Positions 8,957-19,131 of a DNA stretch of 64,000 nucleotides are shown here, piece by piece (positions within the stretch are counted from its first letter, which is position 1; each line of letters starts with the position of its first letter). The notes below the pieces were generated by a model, which was not told where the DNA came from, did no database searches, and saw nothing but the letters and a program-made list of their open reading frames with translations. The DNA comes from a virus (taxonomy: Duplodnaviria > Caudoviricetes): IMG/VR virus record IMGVR_UViG_3300021185_002017; one strand, written 5' to 3'. Position numbers and translations under genes: made by a program.

Positions 8957-11770
8957 TTAACCAGTTGAACCCAAAGTATTTTGAATTCTAATCGGAATGT
9001 ATATAAACTCAACTGCTTTGACTGGCTGTATAGCAACGTCAATGTGCAATTCGTTTCTATCAATTCTCGCTGGTGTGTTATTTGATTCGTCACAAACTGT
9101 AACATAGTCAAATAAACCACGCTGTTGTATTAAACCACTAAGTAGTCTGTCAACAACTGCTTTTGCGTTATTTCTAGTAACACTGTCGTTTGGCTCAAAT
9201 AAGAACGGCTTAACTGCATCGTCAAGTTGCTCTCTGAGATAGATAACTAATCTTGAAACATTAACTCTATCCAACGCACTTGCTGATGGGTTTAATGTCT
9301 TTTGACCAAACACACTTATGCCTCTGCCTGGGAATGATGCAATTGGGTTTACCTTGTTTAAGTATAAACCGTCACGCTGTCCTTCGTTCAATGAAACTGG
9401 GACATATTCACCTTCTGCTGAGTCTAAGTATCCTACTGAAGTTGCATTACTAACTAAACCACGTTGGAAACCAGCCGGTGCAAACCAAGGGAAAGCAACC
9501 TGGTCATTGTATGCGAATGTACGCAATGCCATATGTGATGCTGGTACCATAATGTTAGTACCATCTGTGTTAGTAGTTAAACCATGTGGGTAATAAACAC
9601 CTGCTTGAGCACTTGCACTTACAAGACCGTTTTCACCGTTTTCTACTGCTGTATTAGCATTAGTTGCCCATGCTGCTGTGCTAGTATTATCGGCTTTTAG
9701 TCTAAGTGGAGCGTCAACGATTGCAAAGACTGTGTCTTTTCTGTCAACACTTAATGCTAACATTTCGTCAGTTAATTCAGGATATCCTGGAACTGCTACT
9801 AAGTTAAAGCGGTTTGTTTCGTTACGAATGTCATCGTTAGATGCAATTGCTGCTTGTAAAGATTTAGTTACTGCTTTACGCTGTGCCTTTCTTAACAATA
9901 AGCCTGTGCCATCTGCTGCGTTACCTGAGAATGATACCCAAACATCAGCAGTTGTACTTGAATCTAATGCATAGCCTTTACGCCATTGCTTAACATTACC
10001 ACCTGAAGCTCTGTAGTTCCAACCTAACATACCTTGTGGGTATAAAGATGCACTTGGAGCGTCTGCATCTAATGAAGATGCTGCTGATTGTCTAAAGTCA
10101 TCAAATAAGATACCGTCTGGTGTGCTTTGATCACCAAGATCAACTAGATTCCAACTTGAACCATCATACTTATAAAGTTTTAAGTTTTCAGTGTCTGAGC
10201 TGTCTAACCATACATCGCCACTTGCTAAAGAAGTAGTACCGTCACTTTGTAGTGTTGGTTCTGTTGCTTTAGTTTGGAAATCAGTTGTTAAACTTACCCA
10301 TGTAGTACCGTTGTGCTCTAGTAAGTCTACATTGTTAGTGCTGATGTCTGCATCATACCATAATGTAGCATTTGCTGTTTCGCCTACTGGCTCAGTTGCA
10401 CTTGGTGTATTAGCTGCTAAAGAAACTTTCCAGTTACTTGTAGTACCTGCGTTTAAGTTTAAGTCACTTAAACTAACACATGCTGAGTTTGAACCTTCAG
10501 TAAGTTTAATGTCATTACCTTTAGTACTTGTAAATGTTATAACACCTGCGTTATTCGATACTGTCACTTGGTCTGCAAATGTAGTTGTTACATTAGCGGA
10601 AGATAGTGCTGATTGAATATCAGTAACAACATCATCAACTGAAATATTACCACTTGTTGTACTTGTGATGAATACATCAATTTGTGTTGGTGAGTTGTTG
10701 ATGTTAATTTGGAATGCTTCGTCTACTGAATTAACTTTAGTATCAGGTATAGCAGTGTCGCTTACTGCGGAAGAACTTCCGAATGTAAAGCTGCTTTCAC
10801 CATTCCACATTTTTAATCTAAATGATGCAACTCTTGCGAAAGAGTCGTTAACTTGATCTAACCATAAAGCACCTGAGTTCAAAGAACCTGCTTTTGTATG
10901 ATAATCATATGCGTCTGATGCTTCACTAAGTAATGGAGCGTCCTTGCTTACGAACTGTCCTGAAACTGCATCGTACTGCTTAACTTGAACGTTTGCGCCA
11001 TTGTTAGGTGCTGTTGCTTGTAAGAATACATCACCTGCTGATAATGCACCACCTGAGAACTTAGTTGAAGGAATAGTTGTATGAGTTGCCCACTGATAGT
11101 CTGCACTTGATTTAGCACTTGACCATGCAGAAGAACCTACACTATACCAGTTACCTGCTAGTTTTTCATATATTGATATGAATGAAGCCTGAGCACCTGT
11201 GCTGTCAACTGTAACTGCTGCAAAAGAGCCGTTAGTTGAGAACGATGTTTTAGGTACAGTATTTGCATACACATCATTTTTACCTGCTAATAGAACTGTT
11301 TGTGTTACCCACTTGCTGCCGTCATATTCTTTAATACCGAATGTTGAACTGCCTGTGTCAACCCAAATAGCGTCTGCTGCTGGTTTAGCTGCTGGTGCAG
11401 TTGCACTTGCTTCTAATTGACCTAAGTCTACATCTGCTCTAAGTACATAAGCTCTGTTTGATAAGCCTAAGAAACTGTAAGCTGCTGCAAGACCGTATTC
11501 GTTTGTTTCGTCTCCGTGAACTGGTGTTCCGCCACTTGTTTTAAATGATGGGTTACCGTAGTTTTGTAGTAATTCACGCTGACTAGTTATATTATATAAC
11601 TTGTTTGCTGTTGCCTTTGTAGTATAAGCGGAAGTCGAAGTTCCATCTGGTGCTGTCTTATCTTGTGCTGTTGCAATTACGATAAGAGGAACAGTACCAG
11701 CACCTGCAGGTGCGTAGAAACTTTCGTCTGATACACTAATACTAACGCCTGGCGATACTAATGTTGCCAT
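8957..11770 (-). CDS. gp18: Tail sheath protein (gp18-like) with large internal insertion
   Basis: N-terminal LVSPGVSISVSDES; C-terminal PWFAPAGFQRG, KVNPI, GQKTL, RVNVSRL, AVEFIYI; GATAAATA at 11816-11823. Confidence 0.95.
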   Translation of the reverse strand: MATLVSPGVSISVSDESFYAPAGAGTVPLIVIATAQDKTAPDGTSTSAYTTKATANKLYNITSQRELLQNYGNPSFKTSGGTPVHGDETNEYGLAAAYSFLGLSNRAYVLRADVDLGQLEASATAPAAKPAADAIWVDTGSSTFGIKEYDGSKWVTQTVLLAGKNDVYANTVPKTSFSTNGSFAAVTVDSTGAQASFISIYEKLAGNWYSVGSSAWSSAKSSADYQWATHTTIPSTKFSGGALSAGDVFLQATAPNNGANVQVKQYDAVSGQFVSKDAPLLSEASDAYDYHTKAGSLNSGALWLDQVNDSFARVASFRLKMWNGESSFTFGSSSAVSDTAIPDTKVNSVDEAFQININNSPTQIDVFITSTTSGNISVDDVVTDIQSALSSANVTTTFADQVTVSNNAGVITFTSTKGNDIKLTEGSNSACVSLSDLNLNAGTTSNWKVSLAANTPSATEPVGETANATLWYDADISTNNVDLLEHNGTTWVSLTTDFQTKATEPTLQSDGTTSLASGDVWLDSSDTENLKLYKYDGSSWNLVDLGDQSTPDGILFDDFRQSAASSLDADAPSASLYPQGMLGWNYRASGGNVKQWRKGYALDSSTTADVWVSFSGNAADGTGLLLRKAQRKAVTKSLQAAIASNDDIRNETNRFNLVAVPGYPELTDEMLALSVDRKDTVFAIVDAPLRLKADNTSTAAWATNANTAVENGENGLVSASAQAGVYYPHGLTTNTDGTNIMVPASHMALRTFAYNDQVAFPWFAPAGFQRGLVSNATSVGYLDSAEGEYVPVSLNEGQRDGLYLNKVNPIASFPGRGISVFGQKTLNPSASALDRVNVSRLVIYLREQLDDAVKPFLFEPNDSVTRNNAKAVVDRLLSGLIQQRGLFDYVTVCDESNNTPARIDRNELHIDVAIQPVKAVEFIYIPIRIQNTLGSTG

Positions 11771-11874
11771 TTTGTTTTCTCCTAATATATTAAGATACGA
11801 ATGATCGTATGCACTTATTTATCAGAATTAAGGTATTATTGGGCTTTATGGAAATTGAAAGGTATTAGGGGATA

Positions 11875-12537
11875 TTATACTATTTTAAGTGTTTGTTTGA
11901 ATTCGCCTGTGTTCCAGTCTCGAATGTCTTCTACTTGTTTTTCTAGATCTTTAATTGTGCCGTTGTTTGTAATAATGTAGTCTACTGGATGACCTACCCA
12001 GTTCCATTCGCTTTCGTGTACATCTGCATATTTGGTTTTCATTATCTTGTGACTAACTGCATTAGTGTGTGCTGTTTTTGCTGTTTCGAACCATTCAGGT
12101 AAATCTCCGCGTTGTACCCAAATAACAACTCCACCCATTTCTTTGATAAGATCTAATTCGTTTTTAAATCTTGCATCGCTAATAACAGTACAAGGTGTAT
12201 CTACATGTTGCCTTCGTATGCGATATTCTAAACTGTGTAGCCAAATGTTAGAATCAAAGTGTGTGCGGAGTACATCTGTACCTATTAATTGCAAGGCTAA
12301 TCGAGGAGTGAAGTTTGGGATACCTAGTTTGCGACCCCAGTATAGGTCTGCTGTTTCACGGAAGTCTCTACTTTCAATAGTATCGCCTTCCATTAGTTCT
12401 CTGGGCCAACCAAATATTGATGCAGATAAGTCTTTTAATGGAGAAGCAAAACTATCTTCAACGCAACCACGCTCTACAAACATGTTTGCGACTGTGCCTT
12501 TGCCTGAACCTATTAGTCCAACTAATCCTATTATCAT
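11875..12537 (-). CDS. gp1: Deoxynucleoside monophosphate kinase (gp1-like)
   Basis: P-loop GLIGSGKGT, SFASPLKD, PRLALQLIGTD, ISDARF.NE, HESE motifs. Confidence 0.9.
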   Translation of the reverse strand: MIIGLVGLIGSGKGTVANMFVERGCVEDSFASPLKDLSASIFGWPRELMEGDTIESRDFRETADLYWGRKLGIPNFTPRLALQLIGTDVLRTHFDSNIWLHSLEYRIRRQHVDTPCTVISDARFKNELDLIKEMGGVVIWVQRGDLPEWFETAKTAHTNAVSHKIMKTKYADVHESEWNWVGHPVDYIITNNGTIKDLEKQVEDIRDWNTGEFKQTLKIV

Positions 12538-12540
12538 ATA

Positions 12541-13299
12541 TTAACCTATTACAAATCCTAGTGGGTCACTGCCTTCTTCCATCATGTGAACCGCTTCATT
12601 TAGTTTCTCTAACTCTGCTTGAGCTTCTGATTTCAGTGCATCACCGTTAAGAGTAATTGCACCACCTGCACCTGGTAAGCCTGAACTATATTTGCTTCTT
12701 GCTTCACCTAGCATAAACTTACTTTGTGCTAGTGCGTATGCACTTAACCAGTCACTTGCATAGACATCTTTTAACAGTATCATTTCTGGTATAAAGTTAT
12801 ATACACCTACTGCTACTTCTTCGTTATGTCTAACATTTCTTAAAATCTGTAATACTTTGCTGTTGCGATTCCAAATAAAGTTATATTCACTACCAAATAT
12901 ACGCCCTACTGTTTCTTTGTATTGTGAGAACGCATCATAAACTGCTAGGCCGCCTATTTGTCCTGCCTGCATCATGTACATGTTGTTGAATGCAACATCA
13001 AAAGGATCAAAGTTTACGCCGCCACTGTTAGTACCAATACCTCTACGATAAAGTCTTCTAACTTCCATTACTTCGTCTGGTAAAACATATTCAGTTACAT
13101 TTTCTTGAGTAGTAATAAAGATCATACTTTCTTCAACTGCACCAGAACTAAGTTGTCTATACTTAGCAAGTGCCTTGTTGATAGCAACATCGTAATGTTC
13201 TCTATCGAGTTCTACATCAACAATACCATCTGCTAAACGCAGTTTGATTTCGCTAATAAGTTGCTCTCTGTTTTCGTAACCTATTTTATTAATCGCCAT
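12541..13299 (-). CDS. gp13: Neck protein (gp13-like)
   Basis: LRLADGIVDVEL, K..LGEARSKY..LPG.GG.ITLNG pattern; GATAAATA at 13305-13312. Confidence 0.8.
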   Translation of the reverse strand: MAINKIGYENREQLISEIKLRLADGIVDVELDREHYDVAINKALAKYRQLSSGAVEESMIFITTQENVTEYVLPDEVMEVRRLYRRGIGTNSGGVNFDPFDVAFNNMYMMQAGQIGGLAVYDAFSQYKETVGRIFGSEYNFIWNRNSKVLQILRNVRHNEEVAVGVYNFIPEMILLKDVYASDWLSAYALAQSKFMLGEARSKYSSGLPGAGGAITLNGDALKSEAQAELEKLNEAVHMMEEGSDPLGFVIG

Positions 13300-13314
13300 A
13301 ACACTATTTATCTA

Positions 13315-14451
13315 CTAAAAGGCTTTTAATATGATAGTTGTGTCATTAAAACGCCCGTTCATCTTAGTATCCGTTGTCGTAAGGTCCTTAAACGCCTTAC
13401 TAAACTTAGTCTTTGCATTTCCAGTCCAGTTTTTAATTTGTTCTGCTGGTTTACGCAATGTTTTTTGTACACTCTTAGTAGGATGAAAATCTTGTAGTGT
13501 TGTTCCTTTAACAGTCATGCCGCCTTTTAGATCATCTACTACATACATGCCTACTTTACGAGTTTTTGTATTATACACCCAAATCTCTGTTGCGTCAATG
13601 ACTTCAGTTGGATTAATACTTGCAATACCTAATCCACTGTCATTAATCTGGAACTTCAATTTGCTTACAACTTTTTCTTTACTTACTGCTTTAGGCTTAC
13701 GAGTCTTTCTGTTTGCTTTGCCTGTTAAGATAAATGCATCACAAGCCGCATTAATTTTTTCATAAATGGCCAAGAAGTCTTTACGCATTTTCTTGTCCAT
13801 GAAGTTGTATGCTTCTTTAATGTCTTCGTCTTTCCATTCTACAACTTCTAATGCTTCTCGATATGCTGAATCAAAATCGTCTTTAATAATTTTTGCATGA
13901 TTAGGTTTTACAACGCCACCACCGTACACTTTCATTTCTGTAAACGGGTCAAACTTTTTAAGATCAAACTTACCAGTTACTAAATCATCAATGTGACCTT
14001 CCCAATTGCCTAATAGGCCTTGCACCTGCTCGAACATTCTTTGTTGTATACTAACTTTGGGTTTTGCATCAGCCGCCTTTGCTTCTTTCTCTTCTATGAT
14101 GTTTTCGGCTTTGTTTTCTAATGCAGGAATTTTATTTAATAGATGTTCCTTAACATCTGGGTTCATGTAGCCATTTGTTTTGTGCCAAATGTAAGTGTGT
14201 TTAGCAAACGAACTAAACCACACATCAGGAACCTTTCTTAACTTCTTGATTAGGTCTTTGTCTAAGCCGCTATCTTTTTCTAACCAAGTAAAGATTGTAG
14301 ATGCACATTTCTTGTCTGCTACTTCGTAATGTACAAAGTATTCAAACTTGCGATACAATTTAGTCTTCTCTTCGTCAGTTTTAAGGGTATGTATTTCCTG
14401 CCACTTAGGTTCTGGCATTAAATATATGTCTTTACTTTTGCGTCTGGCCAT
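13315..14451 (-). CDS. Conserved hypothetical protein of T4-like phages
   Basis: 378 aa basic protein; C-terminal WVYNTKTRK...TVKGTTL...SVQKTLRKP resembles proteins of T4-like phages; function unknown. Confidence 0.7.
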   Translation of the reverse strand: MARRKSKDIYLMPEPKWQEIHTLKTDEEKTKLYRKFEYFVHYEVADKKCASTIFTWLEKDSGLDKDLIKKLRKVPDVWFSSFAKHTYIWHKTNGYMNPDVKEHLLNKIPALENKAENIIEEKEAKAADAKPKVSIQQRMFEQVQGLLGNWEGHIDDLVTGKFDLKKFDPFTEMKVYGGGVVKPNHAKIIKDDFDSAYREALEVVEWKDEDIKEAYNFMDKKMRKDFLAIYEKINAACDAFILTGKANRKTRKPKAVSKEKVVSKLKFQINDSGLGIASINPTEVIDATEIWVYNTKTRKVGMYVVDDLKGGMTVKGTTLQDFHPTKSVQKTLRKPAEQIKNWTGNAKTKFSKAFKDLTTTDTKMNGRFNDTTIILKAF

Positions 14452-14684
14452 TAGTCACTCTCAATTTCATAAGGATTGTTATATACTTCTTTAACCAATG
14501 CTGGCCATTGATTAAATCCGATTATGCTATTTTTATCTTTCAACGCATTTTTATCCTTGAGAAATTGAACAATTTGTATGATCCCGCTGAACTTACCGTT
14601 TAGTTGTCCAGCTCTAAACGAAAAGTAACTGTTAAGAATTACAAATGCAAGTGCTAGTAGTATCTCATTAAATTCCATACCCAT
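14451..14684 (-). CDS. Small membrane-anchored protein
   Basis: 77 aa with N-terminal hydrophobic helix; coupled to the next ORF. Confidence 0.6.
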   Translation of the reverse strand: MGMEFNEILLALAFVILNSYFSFRAGQLNGKFSGIIQIVQFLKDKNALKDKNSIIGFNQWPALVKEVYNNPYEIESD

Positions 14685-14705
14685 GTCTCCGTGTCTAAAA
14701 ACGCT

Positions 14706-14734
14706 ATTTTAGCATTAGTTATCATCGATGTCAA
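14706..14734 (-). promoter_or_regulatory. sigma70-type promoter with extended -10
   Basis: Minus strand TTGACA-17 nt-TAAAAT with TGn directly before the -10. Confidence 0.7.
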
Positions 14735-14737
14735 GAA

Positions 14738-16606
14738 CTACTTATGATTGAGTGGAGAAATTAGGTTCGTTTGCCAGTTCCTACGGCGTCCAAAGAAGAG
14801 CCAATCGATGTGTTCGTCGGCTGTTTTTGCAAAATTATTGTAGCGATCACTGACTGTTACCGCTGAAGTTTGTAAAAGATCTGATGTTAATTCGACTGTT
14901 ACAGGTTCTGTAATGTACTGATCAAATTGTTTTGGCATTAGCAATGCTAATTTTTTGTAGTCGTTGATTACTTCATATGGCACATTAGCATATTGATCTG
15001 TAAAGTCTACTACTAGCTCTACTAAACGAGGCACATAATTATTTAACTGTGCAATAGGCATGAAACTGTTGATACCTTTCCATCCACCCTTGATAGTGTA
15101 GCCACCAATAGTATGCAAATTGTATCCTGTTTGTTTCCAAAGCGAGTATCCTTCTTTGTGTTGTTCGAACCATTTACTAATCTCTGGATCAGTTTGTACA
15201 TACTCCATTAGTGATGCATAGAATTCGCTGTATTGTATGTTTGCTTTACGATACATATAGTCTGCGATAAGTGTAGTTACACCGTAACTATGCATACCCA
15301 CAACAAACCAAGAGTACTTACTTAGATCGTACATTTCTTCTTTTGTTAATGTGCTAGAACTACTAATAATGTTAATTGACTCTGCTGTTCCGTTGTTAAT
15401 TTCTTGTTCTACATCACTAGTAGTTTCATAAAAATAATCGTATGCTCTAAATGTTTCCATTCCAAAAGTTTCTTTGTCTTCTACATTCATAGGGGCATTT
15501 TCAATCAACTGTAAATAAAAAATATCCATGTTAATAACATTGTTTTCAAACATTGTATCGATAACTTTTAACCAACTGCTGTATGTTTCGCCTGGCATAC
15601 CCATGATAAGTTCTGTCATAATTGGCAAATTATATTCTTTTGCTTTTTGTGTTACTACTGCAACACTGTTAATTTTCATGTTGTCTCGTTTAACATTCTT
15701 TAACACTTCGGGTGTTGTTGACTGAAAACTTGCAGCTGGTGCATTTTGAATATTAGCGTCTAATAACTTTCTACCAATTTGGTAAACTGCATCTATATTG
15801 TTTTTTGCATAACTAGCACTAAGAACTTCTGGGATACCTGTTCGTTGTTTTGCTTCTATCATGTAGTCTGCTATTTCTAAATCTCGTTTGAATGCACCAA
15901 AGTTACTTGCAGTAAAATTAAAATAAGGCATCTTGTTATCAGCACACCAGTTAATCTCATCATGTATTCGTTGCATGTGAAACTTATGCATTTTACTTGC
16001 TGTTGCACTACCCCAGTCACAGTAAGTACACTTGAATGGGCAACCTCTGTCTGTTTCTATCGTAGGCACCCATTCTATATCTGGGTTTGCTTCTATTAAA
16101 CTATCAAACACTCCTGTTAAATATGGACTTGGTAATTTGTCTAGTTCTTTTATTCTTTCAAACTGTAATGTTTTTGGCAAGTCTTCTCCAGCAATAATGT
16201 TTCGCATCACTGCAAGAGCGGCTTGTTCGCCTTCGTTAATTGCTATAGAATCTATATATGGGTGTTTGTCAAAGAAGTTTTTATCTCGCCATGGTATTTC
16301 AGGTCCACCTGCTACAATGATAATATCTGGGTTAACTCTTTTGAGTGTTCTTAACAGTTTGTAACAGTAATTAATATTCCACATATACATACTGCAAAAT
16401 ATTACATCACAATCAACAAGTTGTTCAACTGCATCGCCTATTAAAGGTCTTTGAAAAATCCAACTGTGTATTTTAAAGTTATCTTGTATATCTTTATATT
16501 GATTTACATAACTCCACAGGCATCCTAAAGTGTACGGCAAGTACCAACTGTTCAGATGTTTTGGTCCTGTCTGAAAATTAGGCTGTATTAGTCCTACGGT
16601 TTTCAT
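14738..16606 (-). CDS. B12-binding radical SAM protein
   Basis: N-terminal cobalamin-binding-like domain (SMYMWN..., IIVAGGPE) and CPFKCTYC in IETDRGCPFKCTYCDWG; ELIMGMPGET. Confidence 0.9.
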   Translation of the reverse strand: MKTVGLIQPNFQTGPKHLNSWYLPYTLGCLWSYVNQYKDIQDNFKIHSWIFQRPLIGDAVEQLVDCDVIFCSMYMWNINYCYKLLRTLKRVNPDIIIVAGGPEIPWRDKNFFDKHPYIDSIAINEGEQAALAVMRNIIAGEDLPKTLQFERIKELDKLPSPYLTGVFDSLIEANPDIEWVPTIETDRGCPFKCTYCDWGSATASKMHKFHMQRIHDEINWCADNKMPYFNFTASNFGAFKRDLEIADYMIEAKQRTGIPEVLSASYAKNNIDAVYQIGRKLLDANIQNAPAASFQSTTPEVLKNVKRDNMKINSVAVVTQKAKEYNLPIMTELIMGMPGETYSSWLKVIDTMFENNVINMDIFYLQLIENAPMNVEDKETFGMETFRAYDYFYETTSDVEQEINNGTAESINIISSSSTLTKEEMYDLSKYSWFVVGMHSYGVTTLIADYMYRKANIQYSEFYASLMEYVQTDPEISKWFEQHKEGYSLWKQTGYNLHTIGGYTIKGGWKGINSFMPIAQLNNYVPRLVELVVDFTDQYANVPYEVINDYKKLALLMPKQFDQYITEPVTVELTSDLLQTSAVTVSDRYNNFAKTADEHIDWLFFGRRRNWQTNLISPLNHK

Positions 16607-16607
16607 T

Positions 16608-17525
16608 TTACTTAGGATCTTGGTGTGTTACCCACCACTCGATTGTTCTTTCTAAGCCTTCGTGTAAATCTACTTTTGGTTCCCATCCTAGCATTTTTGT
16701 AATTTTACGATTAGTACTGTTAAGTAAAAATATTTCACCAGGTCTATGTGGCTTGTAATTCCATTCTATTTCGCCATTCCATCCTAACTTATGTGCAATC
16801 ATGTTTGCATAGTCCTTAATTTTAATTGCATTGTCTGGTCCTATGCAAAATATTTCTCCTGCACATTTGTCTGGGTTCTCAATAACACATTTCCATGCCT
16901 GAAGTAAATCATCAATGTAAATAAAGTTTCTGTAAGGCTCTGCATAACCTAATTGAATCTTTTCATGGTTATTAATCATTTGATTAATAATTTGTTCTGT
17001 TACAAAGAAGTCGTTATCTTTTCTACCATACGCATTAGTTTGCCTAATAGCAGTAAACGGTAAGCCATAACTTCTATGTGCATATTCTAAATACTTTTCA
17101 CAAGCATACTTGGCAACTGCATACGGAGCATTCGGATTTGGTTGTGTATCTTCGTCAAATGCTATCACATAGTTTTCTTGTCCAGCTCTGATTAAATCAC
17201 TAATAGGTTGCCAGCCATACACTTCCATTGTACTAGCAAACACAAAATTCTTTAAGTTTTTAAGTTCTCTACATGCTTCAATTAAATTTACTGTACCAAC
17301 ATAATTAATATCACTAAATTCTATTTGTTCTGTAAAACTTTTCTCTACTTCTGTTCTAGCGGCTAAGTGTACTATTATTTCTGGGTCAAATCTGCGTAAT
17401 TCTTCTTTTACATTTTCGTGTTCTCTGAGATCGCAACCTAACGCACAGATTTCGTGCTTATCTTGTAGCAATGGCACCATATGTGAGCCAATAAACCCAT
17501 CATGCCCTGTAATAAAAATTCTCAA
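16608..17525 (-). CDS. NAD-dependent NDP-sugar epimerase/dehydratase (extended SDR)
   Basis: ITGHDGFIG, VHLAA, ASTMEVYG, YAVAK (YxxxK), RQTNAYG; TTG start with GAGGA RBS. Confidence 0.9.
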   Translation of the reverse strand: MRIFITGHDGFIGSHMVPLLQDKHEICALGCDLREHENVKEELRRFDPEIIVHLAARTEVEKSFTEQIEFSDINYVGTVNLIEACRELKNLKNFVFASTMEVYGWQPISDLIRAGQENYVIAFDEDTQPNPNAPYAVAKYACEKYLEYAHRSYGLPFTAIRQTNAYGRKDNDFFVTEQIINQMINNHEKIQLGYAEPYRNFIYIDDLLQAWKCVIENPDKCAGEIFCIGPDNAIKIKDYANMIAHKLGWNGEIEWNYKPHRPGEIFLLNSTNRKITKMLGWEPKVDLHEGLERTIEWWVTHQDPK

Positions 17526-17577
17526 TTGTGTGTCCTCATTTGATAGTAACTATTTAGCAGATAGCGTTTTAGATCTT

Positions 17578-17585
17578 GATAAATA
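17578..17585 (+). promoter_or_regulatory. T4-like late promoter (GATAAATA)
   Basis: 5 nt before the ATG at 17591; back-to-back with a GCTAAATA variant on the minus strand (17551-17558). Confidence 0.65.
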
Positions 17586-17590
17586 GTGTT

Positions 17591-18652
17591 ATGCCAAGAT
17601 TGAGTTTATGGAATCCAACAAAGACAAACGATTTCGATTTTATTGATCGAGTCGTTGGTGAACACCTCCACGCGGGTGGGACCGGTGTGCATTTGCACAA
17701 ATATTTAGGTACACAGGCTATTGCAGACACAAAAGACCCTACAAGGCCTGGAACTGACGGCAGTAACACTGAAGTTTTTATACAAGACTTGCTATTCTTA
17801 GAAAATAGAGATAGACGATACGATAAAAACATATACGAGTTGCGTGGACAATACAACATAGGCGACAATGACGGATTTGATTTAACACAATTCGGAATGT
17901 TTTTGGCAAACGATACCCTGTTTATGAATTTCCATATAGAAAGTATGGTTGAAACAGTAGGTAGAAAATTAATGGCTGGTGATGTAATCGAATTACCTCA
18001 CTTACGAGACGACTTATTATTAGGTAGTGACGAAGCCATAAACAGATTTTATGTAGTAACGGATGCTAGTAGACCAGCAGAAGGTTTTGATCCTCGTTGG
18101 TGGCCTCATTTATGGAGAGTTAAACTAGGTCCTATTACAGACTCACAAGAATACAGAGATATTCTTGGTACCGGCGAGGAAGAAGGCGATCTTAGAAATC
18201 TTATTAGCACTTATGCTGACGAAATTGCAATTAGTGAAGCAATCACTGAAGCAGCTGAAAAAGATGTACCGTATAATCCTCAGCAGAACGATACAGCACA
18301 TTTATATGTAGATGAAAATGCAAAAGGCAAACCTAGAATTGACTTTGCTTCTGCAGATGGTACTCCACCAAACGGAGCATCTATAGTTGGTAGTGGGGAA
18401 TCATTCCCAACTAGTGGTACAACAGATGGTGATTACTTTTTGCGTACAGACTTTGTGCCTAATAGATTATTCGAAAAGCAAGGTTCTCGTTGGAAATTTA
18501 TTAAATCAAATAGCAGTGGGTCGTGGACGGCTGCAAATAGAATACTTACAGGCTTTATTAACAATGAAAATCTTGTTAGCAACGCAGACGGGACTATTAC
18601 AGGAGAAAAAGTCAATCTAAGCCAGGTAGTTAAGCCTAAGACGGATAACTAA
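17591..18652 (+). CDS. gp14: Neck/head-closure protein (gp14-like)
   Basis: QDLLFLENRDRRYD, LTQFGMFL.NDTLF, GRKLMAGDVIELPH. Start moved from 17576 to the ATG at 17591 because the longer start overlaps the promoter. Confidence 0.7.
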   Translation: MPRLSLWNPTKTNDFDFIDRVVGEHLHAGGTGVHLHKYLGTQAIADTKDPTRPGTDGSNTEVFIQDLLFLENRDRRYDKNIYELRGQYNIGDNDGFDLTQFGMFLANDTLFMNFHIESMVETVGRKLMAGDVIELPHLRDDLLLGSDEAINRFYVVTDASRPAEGFDPRWWPHLWRVKLGPITDSQEYRDILGTGEEEGDLRNLISTYADEIAISEAITEAAEKDVPYNPQQNDTAHLYVDENAKGKPRIDFASADGTPPNGASIVGSGESFPTSGTTDGDYFLRTDFVPNRLFEKQGSRWKFIKSNSSGSWTAANRILTGFINNENLVSNADGTITGEKVNLSQVVKPKTDN

Positions 18653-18681
18653 TGTTTAGTATTTTTAACAGAGGAAAGAAA

Positions 18682-19125
18682 ATGAACAGAGAATCAGTAT
18701 TTGAACAACTAAAAATTGACGAAGGAGTTGTTTATGAAATTTATAAAGACCATTTGGGCTACCCAACTTTCGGAGTTGGCCACCTGGTCCTCGAATCAGA
18801 TCCAGAGTTTGGACAAGAAGTCGGAACACCTGTCTCAGAAGACAGAGTTAGAGACTGCTTTGAACGTGACCTTGACACCTCAATTAGTGAGTGTGTTGCT
18901 TTATATGGAGAACAGTTCAATGAATGGCCAGGAGAAGTGCAAGAGATCTTAGTGAACATGATGTTCAATATGGGTCGTACTCGTTTAGGCAAGTTTCAAA
19001 ACTTCCGTAAAGCACTAGAAGCTCAGGATTGGAAACAAGCAGGAATAGAAGGCAGAGATAGCCGTTGGCACAAACAGGTAACTAACCGTGCTGAAAGACT
19101 AATGGTAAGATTAGAACAAGTATAA
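18682..19125 (+). CDS. Phage lysozyme (GH24, T4 lysozyme-like)
   Basis: LKIDEG...YKDHLGYPTFGVGHL (E...D...T catalytic arrangement), NMMFNMG, DSRWHKQVTNRAERL; ATG at 18682 after GAGGA RBS (track start 18652). Confidence 0.9.
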   Translation: MNRESVFEQLKIDEGVVYEIYKDHLGYPTFGVGHLVLESDPEFGQEVGTPVSEDRVRDCFERDLDTSISECVALYGEQFNEWPGEVQEILVNMMFNMGRTRLGKFQNFRKALEAQDWKQAGIEGRDSRWHKQVTNRAERLMVRLEQV

Positions 19126-19131
19126 GGCATT

